Origin: a virus
Lineage: Duplodnaviria; Heunggongvirae; Uroviricota; Caudoviricetes
Reading direction: 5' to 3' (one strand)
IMG/VR virus record: IMGVR_UViG_2711768054_000001
DNA length: 28,743 bases
The notes under the pieces are model-generated. The model worked only from the letters and a program-made list of their open reading frames with translations, had not been told where the DNA came from and did not search any database. The stretch's first letter is position 1, and each line of letters begins with the position of its first letter. Shown here piece by piece: positions 7,981 to 16,437 of this stretch. Made by a program: the position numbers and the translations under genes.

Positions 7981-8613
7981 TCAAAGGCTCTTAATGATTT
8001 TCAGTGCGCGGCCTACTACCTCAATGTCATCCAGGCCGCACTCAAACGATGAATCATCCTGATGCACTACTAATTTGTTTCCCGGGAGTCGAGTCAATTT
8101 AACAATGCTTTTTATCCCGTCGATATCGACTAACCACATACCATTTACTAGTGGTGTTTGGTTGCGATCTATTAAATAAGAATCACCAGAAGTAGTTACC
8201 AGCAGTAGGTTGCTTGAGTTTGAGGGGAGTATGCTGCTATCAATGATTGCTTTTCCAGCATCGATCAATAAACCACCGTTGAGAGTCGCCTTGTCAATTT
8301 CAGGAGATACTAGTTCAGAAAGAGGTATAACCTTGCTGGAGTTCACGGAATTGATATTTTTTTTGGGTTCAATGTTTGAACCTGGCTCCCCCTGTCCGGT
8401 GGTTAGCCACAGTAAAGAAACTCCTGTTTCCAAGGCGCACTGAATCACCCACTCTGCAGGAAAACTATCTCTTAAGTATCTGTTTGCCATGGTACTTTTT
8501 GATGCGCCTAAGTGATCGCAAAGTTGCTGTCTGGACTTGAAATCATAGGCTGCCATTAGTCTATGGATAGCCTCTCTTCCCCCTGTATTCTCTCCAGCCT
8601 TTACCTGTATCAT
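7981..8613 (-). CDS. CI-like immunity repressor (HTH N-terminal domain), 186-type
   Basis: 210 aa; divergent from the early operon and adjacent to int; N-terminal helix-turn-helix region (SKSTMANRYLRDSFPAEWVIQCALETGVSLLWLTTGQG); no obvious LexA-like Ser-Lys autocleavage motif. Confidence 0.7.
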   Translation of the reverse strand: MIQVKAGENTGGREAIHRLMAAYDFKSRQQLCDHLGASKSTMANRYLRDSFPAEWVIQCALETGVSLLWLTTGQGEPGSNIEPKKNINSVNSSKVIPLSELVSPEIDKATLNGGLLIDAGKAIIDSSILPSNSSNLLLVTTSGDSYLIDRNQTPLVNGMWLVDIDGIKSIVKLTRLPGNKLVVHQDDSSFECGLDDIEVVGRALKIIKSL

Positions 8614-8625
8614 TTTTTAATCCTG

Positions 8626-8677
8626 TTGACGTATCAAATATTGGATCGTAGTATCTCGATGTATCAAATGTTGAATC
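8626..8677 (+). promoter_or_regulatory. Early rightward promoter with direct-repeat operator candidates
   Basis: -35 TTGACG (8626-8631), 17-nt spacer, -10 TAGTAT (8649-8654). Two 17-bp direct repeats gtatcaaatattggatc (8631-8647) and gtatcaaatgttgaatc (8661-8677), 30 bp apart, overlap the promoter; a third GTATCA half-copy sits at 8606-8611. Confidence 0.45.
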
Positions 8678-8732
8678 AAGTAAAACGAGATAAAACGACG
8701 TAAACCAAACCTTAATCGGGAGATACTGCACT

Positions 8733-8975
8733 ATGAGCACTGATATTTCAATTCGTGTACCAAAAGAGATGGCTACGCCTGCAGAGTTCGCGGAATGGGA
8801 AGGTATCTCCCGCGGCTCCGTGTATCAAAAAATTCACCATGGTCAGCTTGCTAAATACATGGTCAAGAAAGAAAAAAACAAAGGCCGCGTAAGCCTGCGT
8901 TATTTAATGTACAAAACCGATCAGGTCCGTGAATCCCTCGGTCATTCCAACTTCCGCGTCATTGTTGGTAAGTAA
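8733..8975 (+). CDS. Cox/Apl-like small DNA-binding regulator/excisionase
   Basis: 80 aa; first gene of the rightward early operon, opposite the repressor; RBS GGGAGA; position matches cox (P2) / apl (186). Confidence 0.55.
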   Translation: MSTDISIRVPKEMATPAEFAEWEGISRGSVYQKIHHGQLAKYMVKKEKNKGRVSLRYLMYKTDQVRESLGHSNFRVIVGK

Positions 8976-9007
8976 GTTCAATTATGAGAACTTTCTAAGG
9001 GGGTAGC

Positions 9008-9517
9008 ATGTTTGATTATAAGATTTCCAAACACCCGCATTTTGATGAAGCCTGTAGAGCTTTTGCACTTCGTCACAATATGGCGAAGCTGGCAGAACGT
9101 GCAGGAATGAATGTCCAGACTTTGCGAAACAAACTCAACCCAGATCAACCGCATCAGCTAAATGCGCCAGAAATCTGGCTGCTTACCGATCTGACTGAAG
9201 ATTCAACGCTGGTAGACGGTTTTCTGGCACAGATTCATTGTCTGCCATGTGTACCGATTAATGAGGTGGCAAAAGAGAAACTGCCACATTACGTCATGAG
9301 TGCAACCGCAGAGATCGGGCGTGTTGCTGCAGGTGCGGTATCTGGCGATGTAAAAACCAGTGCTGGTCGTCGTGATGCTATCAGCAGCATTAACTCTGTA
9401 ACACGACTGATGGCGTTGGCTGCTGTTTCATTGCAGGCCCGTTTACAGGCTAACCCTGCGATGGCGAGTGCAGTTGATACCGTGACTGGCCTCGGTGCTT
9501 CATTCGGTTTGCTGTGA
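9008..9517 (+). CDS. cII: CII-like phage regulatory protein
   Basis: 169 aa, the same length as 186 CII; strong RBS AAGGGGG; position after cox/apl. Confidence 0.65.
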   Translation: MFDYKISKHPHFDEACRAFALRHNMAKLAERAGMNVQTLRNKLNPDQPHQLNAPEIWLLTDLTEDSTLVDGFLAQIHCLPCVPINEVAKEKLPHYVMSATAEIGRVAAGAVSGDVKTSAGRRDAISSINSVTRLMALAAVSLQARLQANPAMASAVDTVTGLGASFGLL

Positions 9518-9524
9518 GGTACTT

Positions 9525-9821
9525 ATGCTGACGAAAGAACCATCATTTGCATCGCTGCTGGTAAAGCAAAGCCCGGCAATGCACTACGGTCACGGCTGGA
9601 TCATGGGTGAGGATGGAAAACGCTGGCATCCATGTCATTCACAAGATGAATTGCTGTCTGAATTGACCACGAGGAAACGGAGAAAGTCAAAATGTATGCA
9701 GCGGAAAGTGAAGTGGTTTATCAGTTTCGTTACAGAGGGGAGAGTTATTCAGTACCTGAAGATGATTTGCTCTGTTGTTATCCGTCGTTGTCGGGCGATG
9801 GCAGTTACTTTTTCACGCTAA
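9525..9821 (+). CDS. Small phage protein (possibly Fil-like); 3-prime end uncertain
   Basis: ATG at 9525; the first ~57 codons (MLTKEPSFASLLVKQSPAMHYGHGWIMGEDGKRWHPCHSQDELLSELTTRKRRKSK) look protein-like; the frame then reads through without a stop into the next gene with low-complexity translation. Confidence 0.35.
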   Translation: MLTKEPSFASLLVKQSPAMHYGHGWIMGEDGKRWHPCHSQDELLSELTTRKRRKSKCMQRKVKWFISFVTEGRVIQYLKMICSVVIRRCRAMAVTFSR

Positions 9822-9916
9822 AAGATGGGACGTTTTTACGGGGAGAGCAGGTTAAAGAGACGATACGAAAAAATGTATCTCCTCTTGAACGTTACCGTAA
9901 TAACAAACAACGATAG
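9692..9916 (+). CDS. Hypothetical small phage protein (74 aa)
   Basis: RBS GGAG at 9679-9682, ATG at 9692; the translation looks like a globular protein. Confidence 0.55.
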   Translation: MYAAESEVVYQFRYRGESYSVPEDDLLCCYPSLSGDGSYFFTLKDGTFLRGEQVKETIRKNVSPLERYRNNKQR

Positions 9917-9938
9917 TTGCGTTTTGGGGATATGAATT

Positions 9939-10280
9939 ATGGCAATTAATGGCGCTGCGGCGACTGTTCCATTAAGCCCCGGTGAACGCCTGAATGGACT
10001 TAATCACATTGCGGAGCTAAGGGCGAAAGTTTTTGGCCTGAATATTGAGTCAGAGCTTGAGCGGTTTATTAAAGATATGCGTGATCCACGGGATATCAAT
10101 AACGAACAAAATAAACGGGCACTGGCTGCTATATTCTTTATGGCAAAAATTCCAGCTGAACGTCATAGCATCAGCATTAATGAGCTGACCACTGACGAAA
10201 AGCGGGAGTTGATTAAAGCAATGAATCATTTTCGTGCAGTGGTGAGCTTATTTCCCAGACGGCTAACCATGCCGAATTAA
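9939..10280 (+). CDS. Hypothetical phage protein (113 aa)
   Basis: ORF in the early operon with an upstream GGGGA RBS; no recognisable motif. Confidence 0.55.
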   Translation: MAINGAAATVPLSPGERLNGLNHIAELRAKVFGLNIESELERFIKDMRDPRDINNEQNKRALAAIFFMAKIPAERHSISINELTTDEKRELIKAMNHFRAVVSLFPRRLTMPN

Positions 10281-10347
10281 CCAACTAATGAAATTAATGG
10301 CGTAAACCCGCCGGGTATCCCTTTATCTAAATTCAGGAGAATTGATT

Positions 10348-10581
10348 ATGCGTAATATTGAAACCCTCACGACTAAAACCGGACCGGATGATGCAGGGCT
10401 TAATATTTTACTGACAGAGGCTCGTCTGGAAGAACGCCGGGCAAGGGCTGAAGCAATGGCAGCTCGCCTTGATAGCCTGGCGTGTCATATCACATCCCGC
10501 CAGCTAAACCACGTCGAAGCAGCAGAACTACTGCGTGTAACTGCTGAAGCAATCCAGAACGAAGCGCAGGAGATCCACTAA
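10348..10581 (+). CDS. Hypothetical phage protein (77 aa)
   Basis: RBS AGGAGA at 10334-10339, ATG at 10348; stop overlaps the next start (TAATG). Confidence 0.6.
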   Translation: MRNIETLTTKTGPDDAGLNILLTEARLEERRARAEAMAARLDSLACHITSRQLNHVEAAELLRVTAEAIQNEAQEIH

Positions 10582-10808
10582 TGGCTGATGCAATGGATCT
10601 CGTACAGCAGCGCGTTGAAGAAGAACGCCAGCGCCATATCCGTGCTGCCCGTGCCAAAACGCCGGGCGTGTCCCGCGTGCTTTGTATTGAGTGTGAAGCG
10701 CCAATTCCGCCAGCACGCCGCCGCGCCATTCCAGGTGTGCAGCTTTGCATTACCTGTCAGGAAATCGCAGAGCTGAAAGGCAAACATTACAACGGAGGTG
10801 CTGTATGA
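10581..10808 (+). CDS. TraR/DksA-family C4 zinc-finger protein
   Basis: 75 aa with CIECEAPIPPARRRAIPGVQLCITCQ, a C-x2-C...C-x2-C zinc finger typical of phage TraR/DksA-like proteins. Confidence 0.75.
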   Translation: MADAMDLVQQRVEEERQRHIRAARAKTPGVSRVLCIECEAPIPPARRRAIPGVQLCITCQEIAELKGKHYNGGAV

Positions 10809-11662
10809 GCACCATCCTGAAATGGGCGGGAAATAAAACCGCCATTATGTCCGAACTGAAAAAGCATCTTCCTGCTGGCCCGCGACTGGTTGAACCTTTC
10901 GCGGGTTCCTGTGCAGTGATGATGGAGACGGAGTACCCCAGCTATCTTGTTGCGGATATTAATCCTGATTTAATCAACCTCTATAAAAAGGTTGCTGCTG
11001 ATTGTGAATCATTTATATCTCGCGCCAGAGTTTTATTTGAGATCGCAAACAGGGAGGTAGCTTATTACAACATAAGGCAGGAGTTTAATTACTCAACTGA
11101 AATTACTGATTTCATGAAAGCGGTATATTTCCTGTATCTCAATCGTCACGGTTACCGTGGTTTATGTCGCTATAACAAGAGCGGGCATTTCAACATTCCC
11201 TACGGTAATTATAAAAATCCGTATTTCCCTGAAAAAGAAATTCGCGCATTTGCAGAAAAAGCCCAGCGAGCAACGTTTATCTGCGCCAGCTTTGATGAAA
11301 CGCTGGCGATGTTGAAGGCGGGGGATGTGGTGTATTGCGATCCGCCGTATGACGGTACGTTTTCCGGCTATCACACTGATGGTTTCACTGAAGATGACCA
11401 GTATCACCTGGCATCCGTTCTTGAACATCGGTCATCAGAAGGACATCCGGTCATTGTTTCTAACAGTGACACATCCCTGATCCGTTCGCTGTATCGCAAT
11501 TTTACTCACCACTATATCAAGGTAAAACGCAGCATCGGTGTGGCAGCTGGCGAGGGTAAATCAGCAACAGAAATCATTGCTGTTTCCGGGCCGCGCTGCT
11601 GGTTGGGATTTGATTATTCGCGTGGCGTGGATAGTTCTGCCGTGTACGGAGTGCGTGCATGA
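10805..11662 (+). CDS. dam: DNA adenine (N6) methyltransferase, Dam-like
   Basis: Motif I PFAGSCAV and catalytic DPPY ([12 protein letters not shown]); ATGA overlap with the upstream stop; RBS GGAGGTG. Confidence 0.85.
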   Translation: MSTILKWAGNKTAIMSELKKHLPAGPRLVEPFAGSCAVMMETEYPSYLVADINPDLINLYKKVAADCESFISRARVLFEIANREVAYYNIRQEFNYSTEITDFMKAVYFLYLNRHGYRGLCRYNKSGHFNIPYGNYKNPYFPEKEIRAFAEKAQRATFICASFDETLAMLKAGDVVYCDPPYDGTFSGYHTDGFTEDDQYHLASVLEHRSSEGHPVIVSNSDTSLIRSLYRNFTHHYIKVKRSIGVAAGEGKSATEIIAVSGPRCWLGFDYSRGVDSSAVYGVRA

Positions 11663-14073
11663 GCCATGCTGATATGAACAACTGCAGCGGCTTTAACGAG
11701 GCCGCCGCAGCATTCTCATGGAACAGCCCGAAAAAGGCTATTAACCCTTATCTGGACCCGGCGGAAGTTGCGCCGGTTTCTGCGCTTTCAAACCTGATCA
11801 CTCTGTACGCTGCCGATAACGAGCAGGAACAACTGCGCCGCGAGGCACTGAGTGATCAGGTCTGGGAGCGTTATTTCTTTAATGAATCCCGTGATCCTGT
11901 CCAACGCGAAATGGAGCAGGATAAGCTCATTAGCCGGGCAAAGCTGGCGCATGAGCAGCAGCGTTTTAATCCGGACATGGTCATACTGGCGGACGTTAAA
12001 GCCCAGCCCTCCCATATCAGCAAGCCGCTGATGCAACGTATTGAATACTTCAGCAGCCTGGGCAGGCCAAAGGCTTATTCCCGCTATTTGCGTGAGACGA
12101 TTAAGCCATGTCTGGAACGACTGGAGCATGTACGCGACAGTCAGCTATCCACTTCTTTTCGCTTTATGGCAAGCCATGAAGGGCTGGACGGCCTGCTGAT
12201 CCTGCCTGAAATGAGTCAGGATCAGGTGAAACGCCTGTCTACTCTTGTCGCTGCGCATATGAGCATGTGTCTTGATGCCGCTTGTGGTGATTTGTACGCC
12301 ACCGATGATGTTAAGCCAGAAGAAATCCGCAAGACATGGGAAAAGGTGGCAGCAGAAACCCTGCGACTGGATGTCATACCGCCTGCGTTTGAGCAACTCC
12401 GCCGGAAAAGAAACCGCCGTAAACCCGTACCCTATGAACTCATTCCGGGTTCGCTGGCGCGTATGTTGTGCGCCGACTGGTGGTATCGGAAATTATGGAA
12501 GATGCGTTGCGAATGGCGGGAAGAGCAGTTGCGTGCTGTTTGCCTGGTCAGCAAAAAAGCATCTCCCTATGTCAGCTATGAAGCCGTGATGCATAAACGT
12601 GAGCAGCGCCGTAAGTCGCTGGAGTTTTTCCGTTCTCATGAACTGGTGAACGAAGACGGCGATACGCTGGATATGGAGGACGTGGTAAACGCCAGTAGTA
12701 GCAACCCGGCGCATCGCCGCAATGAGATGATGGCATGTGTTAAAGGTCTGGAGCTTATCGCGGAAATGCGCGGTGACTGCGCCGTTTTCTACACCATCAC
12801 CTGTCCGTCACGTTTCCATTCCACGCTAAATAACGGCAGGCCCAACCCAACCTGGACAAATGCGACGGTAAGACAAAGCAGTGATTATCTGGTCGGCATG
12901 TTTGCTGCATTTCGTAAGGCGATGTACAAAGCCGGATTGCGCTGGTATGGCGTGCGGGTGGCTGAGCCGCATCATGACGGTACAGTTCACTGGCACCTGT
13001 TGTGTTTTATGCGCAAAAAAGATCGCCGCGCCATTACTGCTTTGTTGCGTAAGTTTGCCATTCGTGAAGACCGCGAGGAGCTGGGTAATAACACAGGACC
13101 ACGCTTTAAGTCTGAGCTGATAAACCCGCGCAAAGGTACGCCAACAAGCTACATCGCGAAATACATCAGTAAGAACATTGACGGGCGTGGTCTGGCTGGC
13201 GAGATCAGCAAGGAAACGGGTAAATCCCTGCGTGATAACGCTGAATACGTTAATGCCTGGGCGTCTCTTCATCGTGTTCAGCAATTCCGCTTCTTTGGCA
13301 TTCCGGGGCGTCAGGCTTACCGTGAACTGCGATTGCTGGCTGGTCAGGCGGCAAGGCAACAGGGGGACAAAAAAGCAGGTGCGGCGGTACTGGATAACCC
13401 GCGCATTGATGCCATCCTGGCTGCTGCTGATGCTGGTTGTTTTGCCACCTACATCATGAAGCAGGGCGGCGTACTGGTTCCCCGCAAATATCACCTCATC
13501 AGAACCGCTTATGAAATCAACGAAGAGCCGACCGCCTATGGCGATCACGGCATTCGTATTTATGGCATCTGGTCACCCATTGCAGAGGGCAAGATCTGCA
13601 CTCATGCAGTGAAGTGGAAAATGGTTCGTAAGGCCGTTGACGTTCAGGAGGCGGCAGCCGACCAGGGCGCTTGCGCCCCTTGGACTCGTGGCAATAACTG
13701 TCCCCTTGCTGAAAATTTGAACCAACAGGAGAAAGATAAATCAGCTGATGGGGACCCCAGAACGGACATTACCAGCATGGATGACAAGGAGTTGCACGAT
13801 TACCTGCACAGTATGAGCAAAAAAGAGCGCCGGGAACTGGCAGCAAGGTTACGCCTGGTGAAACCGAAACGGCGTAAAGACTACAAACAGCGAATTACAG
13901 ACCATCAGCGACTGCAGCTCGTGTATGAGCTGAAGTCCAGAGGATTTGATGGCAGCGAGAAAGAGGTCGATTTACTCCTTCGCGGAGGCAGTATTCCGTC
14001 AGGAGCAGGCCTGCGTATCTTCTATCGGAACCAGCGTTTGCAGGAAGATGATCAGTGGCGGAACCTGTATTAA
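11659..14073 (+). CDS. A: Replication initiation endonuclease (P2 gpA-like rolling-circle initiator)
   Basis: 804 aa; HUH-type motif TVHWHLLCF and tyrosine motif [12 protein letters not shown]; size and position match P2/186 gene A. Confidence 0.9.
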   Translation: MSHADMNNCSGFNEAAAAFSWNSPKKAINPYLDPAEVAPVSALSNLITLYAADNEQEQLRREALSDQVWERYFFNESRDPVQREMEQDKLISRAKLAHEQQRFNPDMVILADVKAQPSHISKPLMQRIEYFSSLGRPKAYSRYLRETIKPCLERLEHVRDSQLSTSFRFMASHEGLDGLLILPEMSQDQVKRLSTLVAAHMSMCLDAACGDLYATDDVKPEEIRKTWEKVAAETLRLDVIPPAFEQLRRKRNRRKPVPYELIPGSLARMLCADWWYRKLWKMRCEWREEQLRAVCLVSKKASPYVSYEAVMHKREQRRKSLEFFRSHELVNEDGDTLDMEDVVNASSSNPAHRRNEMMACVKGLELIAEMRGDCAVFYTITCPSRFHSTLNNGRPNPTWTNATVRQSSDYLVGMFAAFRKAMYKAGLRWYGVRVAEPHHDGTVHWHLLCFMRKKDRRAITALLRKFAIREDREELGNNTGPRFKSELINPRKGTPTSYIAKYISKNIDGRGLAGEISKETGKSLRDNAEYVNAWASLHRVQQFRFFGIPGRQAYRELRLLAGQAARQQGDKKAGAAVLDNPRIDAILAAADAGCFATYIMKQGGVLVPRKYHLIRTAYEINEEPTAYGDHGIRIYGIWSPIAEGKICTHAVKWKMVRKAVDVQEAAADQGACAPWTRGNNCPLAENLNQQEKDKSADGDPRTDITSMDDKELHDYLHSMSKKERRELAARLRLVKPKRRKDYKQRITDHQRLQLVYELKSRGFDGSEKEVDLLLRGGSIPSGAGLRIFYRNQRLQEDDQWRNLY

Positions 14074-14165
14074 TTACGCGGGTTAACAATTCGTGCTCTT
14101 AATAATACCAGGCATATCAGGCTGATGAACGTAAAAAATCGTTTTACATCAGTAAGATTATTATA

Positions 14166-14185
14166 TACTGTAAATATAAACAGTG
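14166..14185. promoter_or_regulatory. LexA (SOS) box
   Basis: TACTGTAAATATAAACAGTG fits the CTGT-N8-ACAG consensus; overlaps a -10-like TATACT (14164-14169), with a -35-like TTTACA at 14143-14148. Confidence 0.6.
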
Positions 14186-14226
14186 GTTATGCATACAGCA
14201 TTGCGTGTGGTGTCATAGGAGGAAAG

Positions 14227-14415
14227 ATGCAGGACTATTTTTTGGAGTCTTTGAAGCTCCAGCGCATTGATTTTTTTCTTAAGCTTGTAGCGGCTAGTGA
14301 GTGTAGTGATGAAGAGAAGGGGCTGGCTCTGCAGTGGGTTTCTGAATTGACTGATGAACTCATGGCAAAAATCAGAACCCACGAATACAACCGCTCAATG
14401 GATGTCATCAGCTGA
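14227..14415 (+). CDS. Small protein (62 aa), first gene of the putative SOS-controlled operon (possible antirepressor N-terminal part)
   Basis: RBS AGGAGG immediately upstream of the ATG at 14227; about 40 bp downstream of the LexA box. Confidence 0.45.
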   Translation: MQDYFLESLKLQRIDFFLKLVAASECSDEEKGLALQWVSELTDELMAKIRTHEYNRSMDVIS

Positions 14416-14425
14416 GGTGACTTTT

Positions 14426-14659
14426 ATGCGCATTGAAATAATGATCGATAAAGAGCAGAAGATTAGCCAGTCTACCCTGGACGCCCTTGAATCCGAGCTT
14501 TACCGCAATCTGCGCCCCCTGTATCCCAAAACGGTAATTCGCATTCGCAAAGGTAGCTCTAACGGTGTGGAACTAACCGGACTGCAACTGGACGAAGAAA
14601 GAAAACAAGTGATGAAAATTATGCAGAAGGTGTGGGAAGACGACAGCTGGCTGCATTAA
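14426..14659 (+). CDS. DinI-family protein (Tum-like C-terminal module)
   Basis: 77 aa, MRIEIMIDKEQKISQSTLDALESELYRNLRPLYPKTVIRIRKGSSNGVELTGLQLDEERKQVMKIMQKVWEDDSWLH, resembles E. coli DinI in length and profile (MRIEV..., acidic C-terminus ending W-x-x-D-D-W); RBS GAGGTG. Confidence 0.75.
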   Translation: MRIEIMIDKEQKISQSTLDALESELYRNLRPLYPKTVIRIRKGSSNGVELTGLQLDEERKQVMKIMQKVWEDDSWLH

Positions 14660-14794
14660 GAAACGTTGCTGGCGTCTGAACTTGCTTCTGGCGTCAGCAA
14701 GGTTGAACAACGAGCCCTTGCGAGGCGTTAGCTCTGTAGTGCATGTCTATGCCGCATGAGATCGCATGATCGTTTGAGGATCGTTTTTGCTAAG

Positions 14795-14819
14795 GCCCGC
14801 CAGAACTGGCGGGCTTTTG
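14795..14819 (+). terminator. Rho-independent terminator
   Basis: Perfect 9-bp stem gcccgccag / ctggcgggc with a 2-nt loop, followed by TTTTG. Confidence 0.55.
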
Positions 14820-14863
14820 CGTAGATCATGCAGGTGCATGAAAACCACTACATAAAGCGGGCA

Positions 14864-14882
14864 GGCGTGGCGGGGATACGAG
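14864..14882. other. Candidate cos (cohesive end) site of the P2/186-like phage
   Basis: GGCGTGGCGGGGATACGAG matches 14 of 19 positions of the P2 cohesive end GGCGAGGCGGGGAAAGCAC, and the first 13 nt match the 186 cos as I recall it; it lies between the replication/tum region and the portal gene, where cos is expected. Confidence 0.45.
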
Positions 14883-14980
14883 CGCGCGTATTTGGTCGTT
14901 ACTTAGCTTTTTTTTATCAATAGATTAAGCTAACTTAAGTCTTTTTAGGAAAAAATATTTTTTCGTGATGAGGTAGAAAG

Positions 14981-16390
14981 ATGTCTTTTCTTGATATAAA
15001 AAAAATGAGTAAAGAGAGGTTTAATGCTTTTGTTGATTGGACCAGAATGCCAAATACTGAACTTTTAGGCTATGAGTTTGAGTGGTACTGTAGTCCGAGA
15101 GAGTTCCTGCTAGGGGCACTATTATTGGATCAAATCGATGAAGATTATAGCGGTATTGTTTTAGCAAGAGACTTAAGTGGGAGATATAGATGTATTGACC
15201 TATTTACTAGTGTTTCAGAAATGAATTCTGCACGAGCAAAACTAAAGAAATTAATGCGGAAGCATACTAAATTAAACGTAAAAGTATTTCCACAAGGTGA
15301 TGAAACTTATAAAGCAATGGATTTATTCACACCTATAGTTACACCAGATAAACTTCATCATCATTTTTCATTATTTGGTAAATACGCGAACTGGTCGCCT
15401 GCAACAGGGATAATCAAGGAAATGATGAATCATTTTGAGGATGTCGACGGGAATTTTATAGAGCAGTTTCAGACAACAGGTTTTGATGCCCGGCTATGGG
15501 AGTTATATCTTTTCGCATATTTACGAGAGGAACACTTTTGGCTAGATAGGCAGTTTAATGCTCCTGATTATGTGGCACGTAAGTATGGTAATACTATTTG
15601 CATTGAAGCTGTAACGGTTAATCCAACAGGGAATGATATTAATCAATCATCTGAAATGCTATCTGAACCTAAAAGTAAGGAAGAATTGCTAGAGAAAATA
15701 GAGAATTATATGCCGATTAAATTTGGAAGTTCTCTCTATTCTAAACTGAAAAAGAAAACTCGATACTGGGATCTAGAACATGTTAAGGGGAATCCTTTAA
15801 TTTTCGCAATTGCTGATTTTCATGAACCAAACTCTATGATTTGGTCCCATAGTGCACTTTGGCAGTATCTTTATGGTATTCGCTATGAGCATGTTAAATC
15901 TGAAGATGGATGTTACAGTTTAGCAACTAAGAAAATTATATCGCATCAATTTGAGAAAAAGGAAATTCCTTCAGGCTTTTTCTTCTTGGATGAGTCTGAA
16001 AATATTTCGGCCGTCCTTAGTTCTAATAGTGGTACTATATCGAAGTTTAATCGGATGGGAAAACTGGCTGGTTTTGGAAGAAGTGACCTTAGATTATTTA
16101 GGAGTGGTTACTGCCATGATCATGACCCAGAGGCATTATATCCAGCAGCATTTAGTTTTGAAGTGAAAGAAGGCGATATTACAGAAACATGGGCAGAAGG
16201 TTTAAATATGTATCATAATCCTAATGCTAAATATCCTGTAGATCCTGATTTATTTCCTTCAATAGCACATCATTTTCTTGAAAATGGAGAGGTTAAAAGT
16301 ATAGTGCCTGACTTTCATCCGTATACATCTATTACCATAAATGTCTTAACTCAAAATAATAAAAAACAAAAAATCAGAGTAGATGAGTAA
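14981..16390 (+). CDS. Hypothetical protein (469 aa), AT-rich cargo gene between the candidate cos site and the portal gene
   Basis: Long ORF with RBS GAGG upstream; GC content much lower than the flanking phage genes; no motif I can assign (no Walker A, no clear nuclease signature); no TM segments apparent. Confidence 0.7.
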   Translation: MSFLDIKKMSKERFNAFVDWTRMPNTELLGYEFEWYCSPREFLLGALLLDQIDEDYSGIVLARDLSGRYRCIDLFTSVSEMNSARAKLKKLMRKHTKLNVKVFPQGDETYKAMDLFTPIVTPDKLHHHFSLFGKYANWSPATGIIKEMMNHFEDVDGNFIEQFQTTGFDARLWELYLFAYLREEHFWLDRQFNAPDYVARKYGNTICIEAVTVNPTGNDINQSSEMLSEPKSKEELLEKIENYMPIKFGSSLYSKLKKKTRYWDLEHVKGNPLIFAIADFHEPNSMIWSHSALWQYLYGIRYEHVKSEDGCYSLATKKIISHQFEKKEIPSGFFFLDESENISAVLSSNSGTISKFNRMGKLAGFGRSDLRLFRSGYCHDHDPEALYPAAFSFEVKEGDITETWAEGLNMYHNPNAKYPVDPDLFPSIAHHFLENGEVKSIVPDFHPYTSITINVLTQNNKKQKIRVDE

Positions 16391-16410
16391 TTAATTAGGT
16401 TTATTCTTGT

Positions 16411-16433
16411 TAACCACCTCATAGAGGTGGTTA
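16411..16433. terminator. Bidirectional hairpin terminator between convergent genes
   Basis: Perfect inverted repeat taaccacctc - ata - gaggtggtta between the stop of the 469-aa gene (+) and the stop of portal Q (-). Confidence 0.5.
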
Positions 16434-16437
16434 TTAA

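Noticed and set aside
9495-9524. GTG-initiated extension of the ORF at 9525
   Set aside because: The extension overlaps the cII 3-prime end and lacks an RBS; the ATG at 9525 after GAGGT is more plausible.
12826-13548. 240-aa minus-strand ORF inside replication gene A
   Set aside because: Antisense to a long conserved gene in GC-rich sequence, where long spurious ORFs are common; no independent support.
14679-14720. Apparent hairpin in gttgctggcgtctgaacttgcttctggcgtcagcaagg downstream of the DinI-like gene
   Set aside because: On inspection the repeated ctggcgtc units are direct, not inverted, so this is not a stable stem; the true terminator is the perfect hairpin at 14795-14819.
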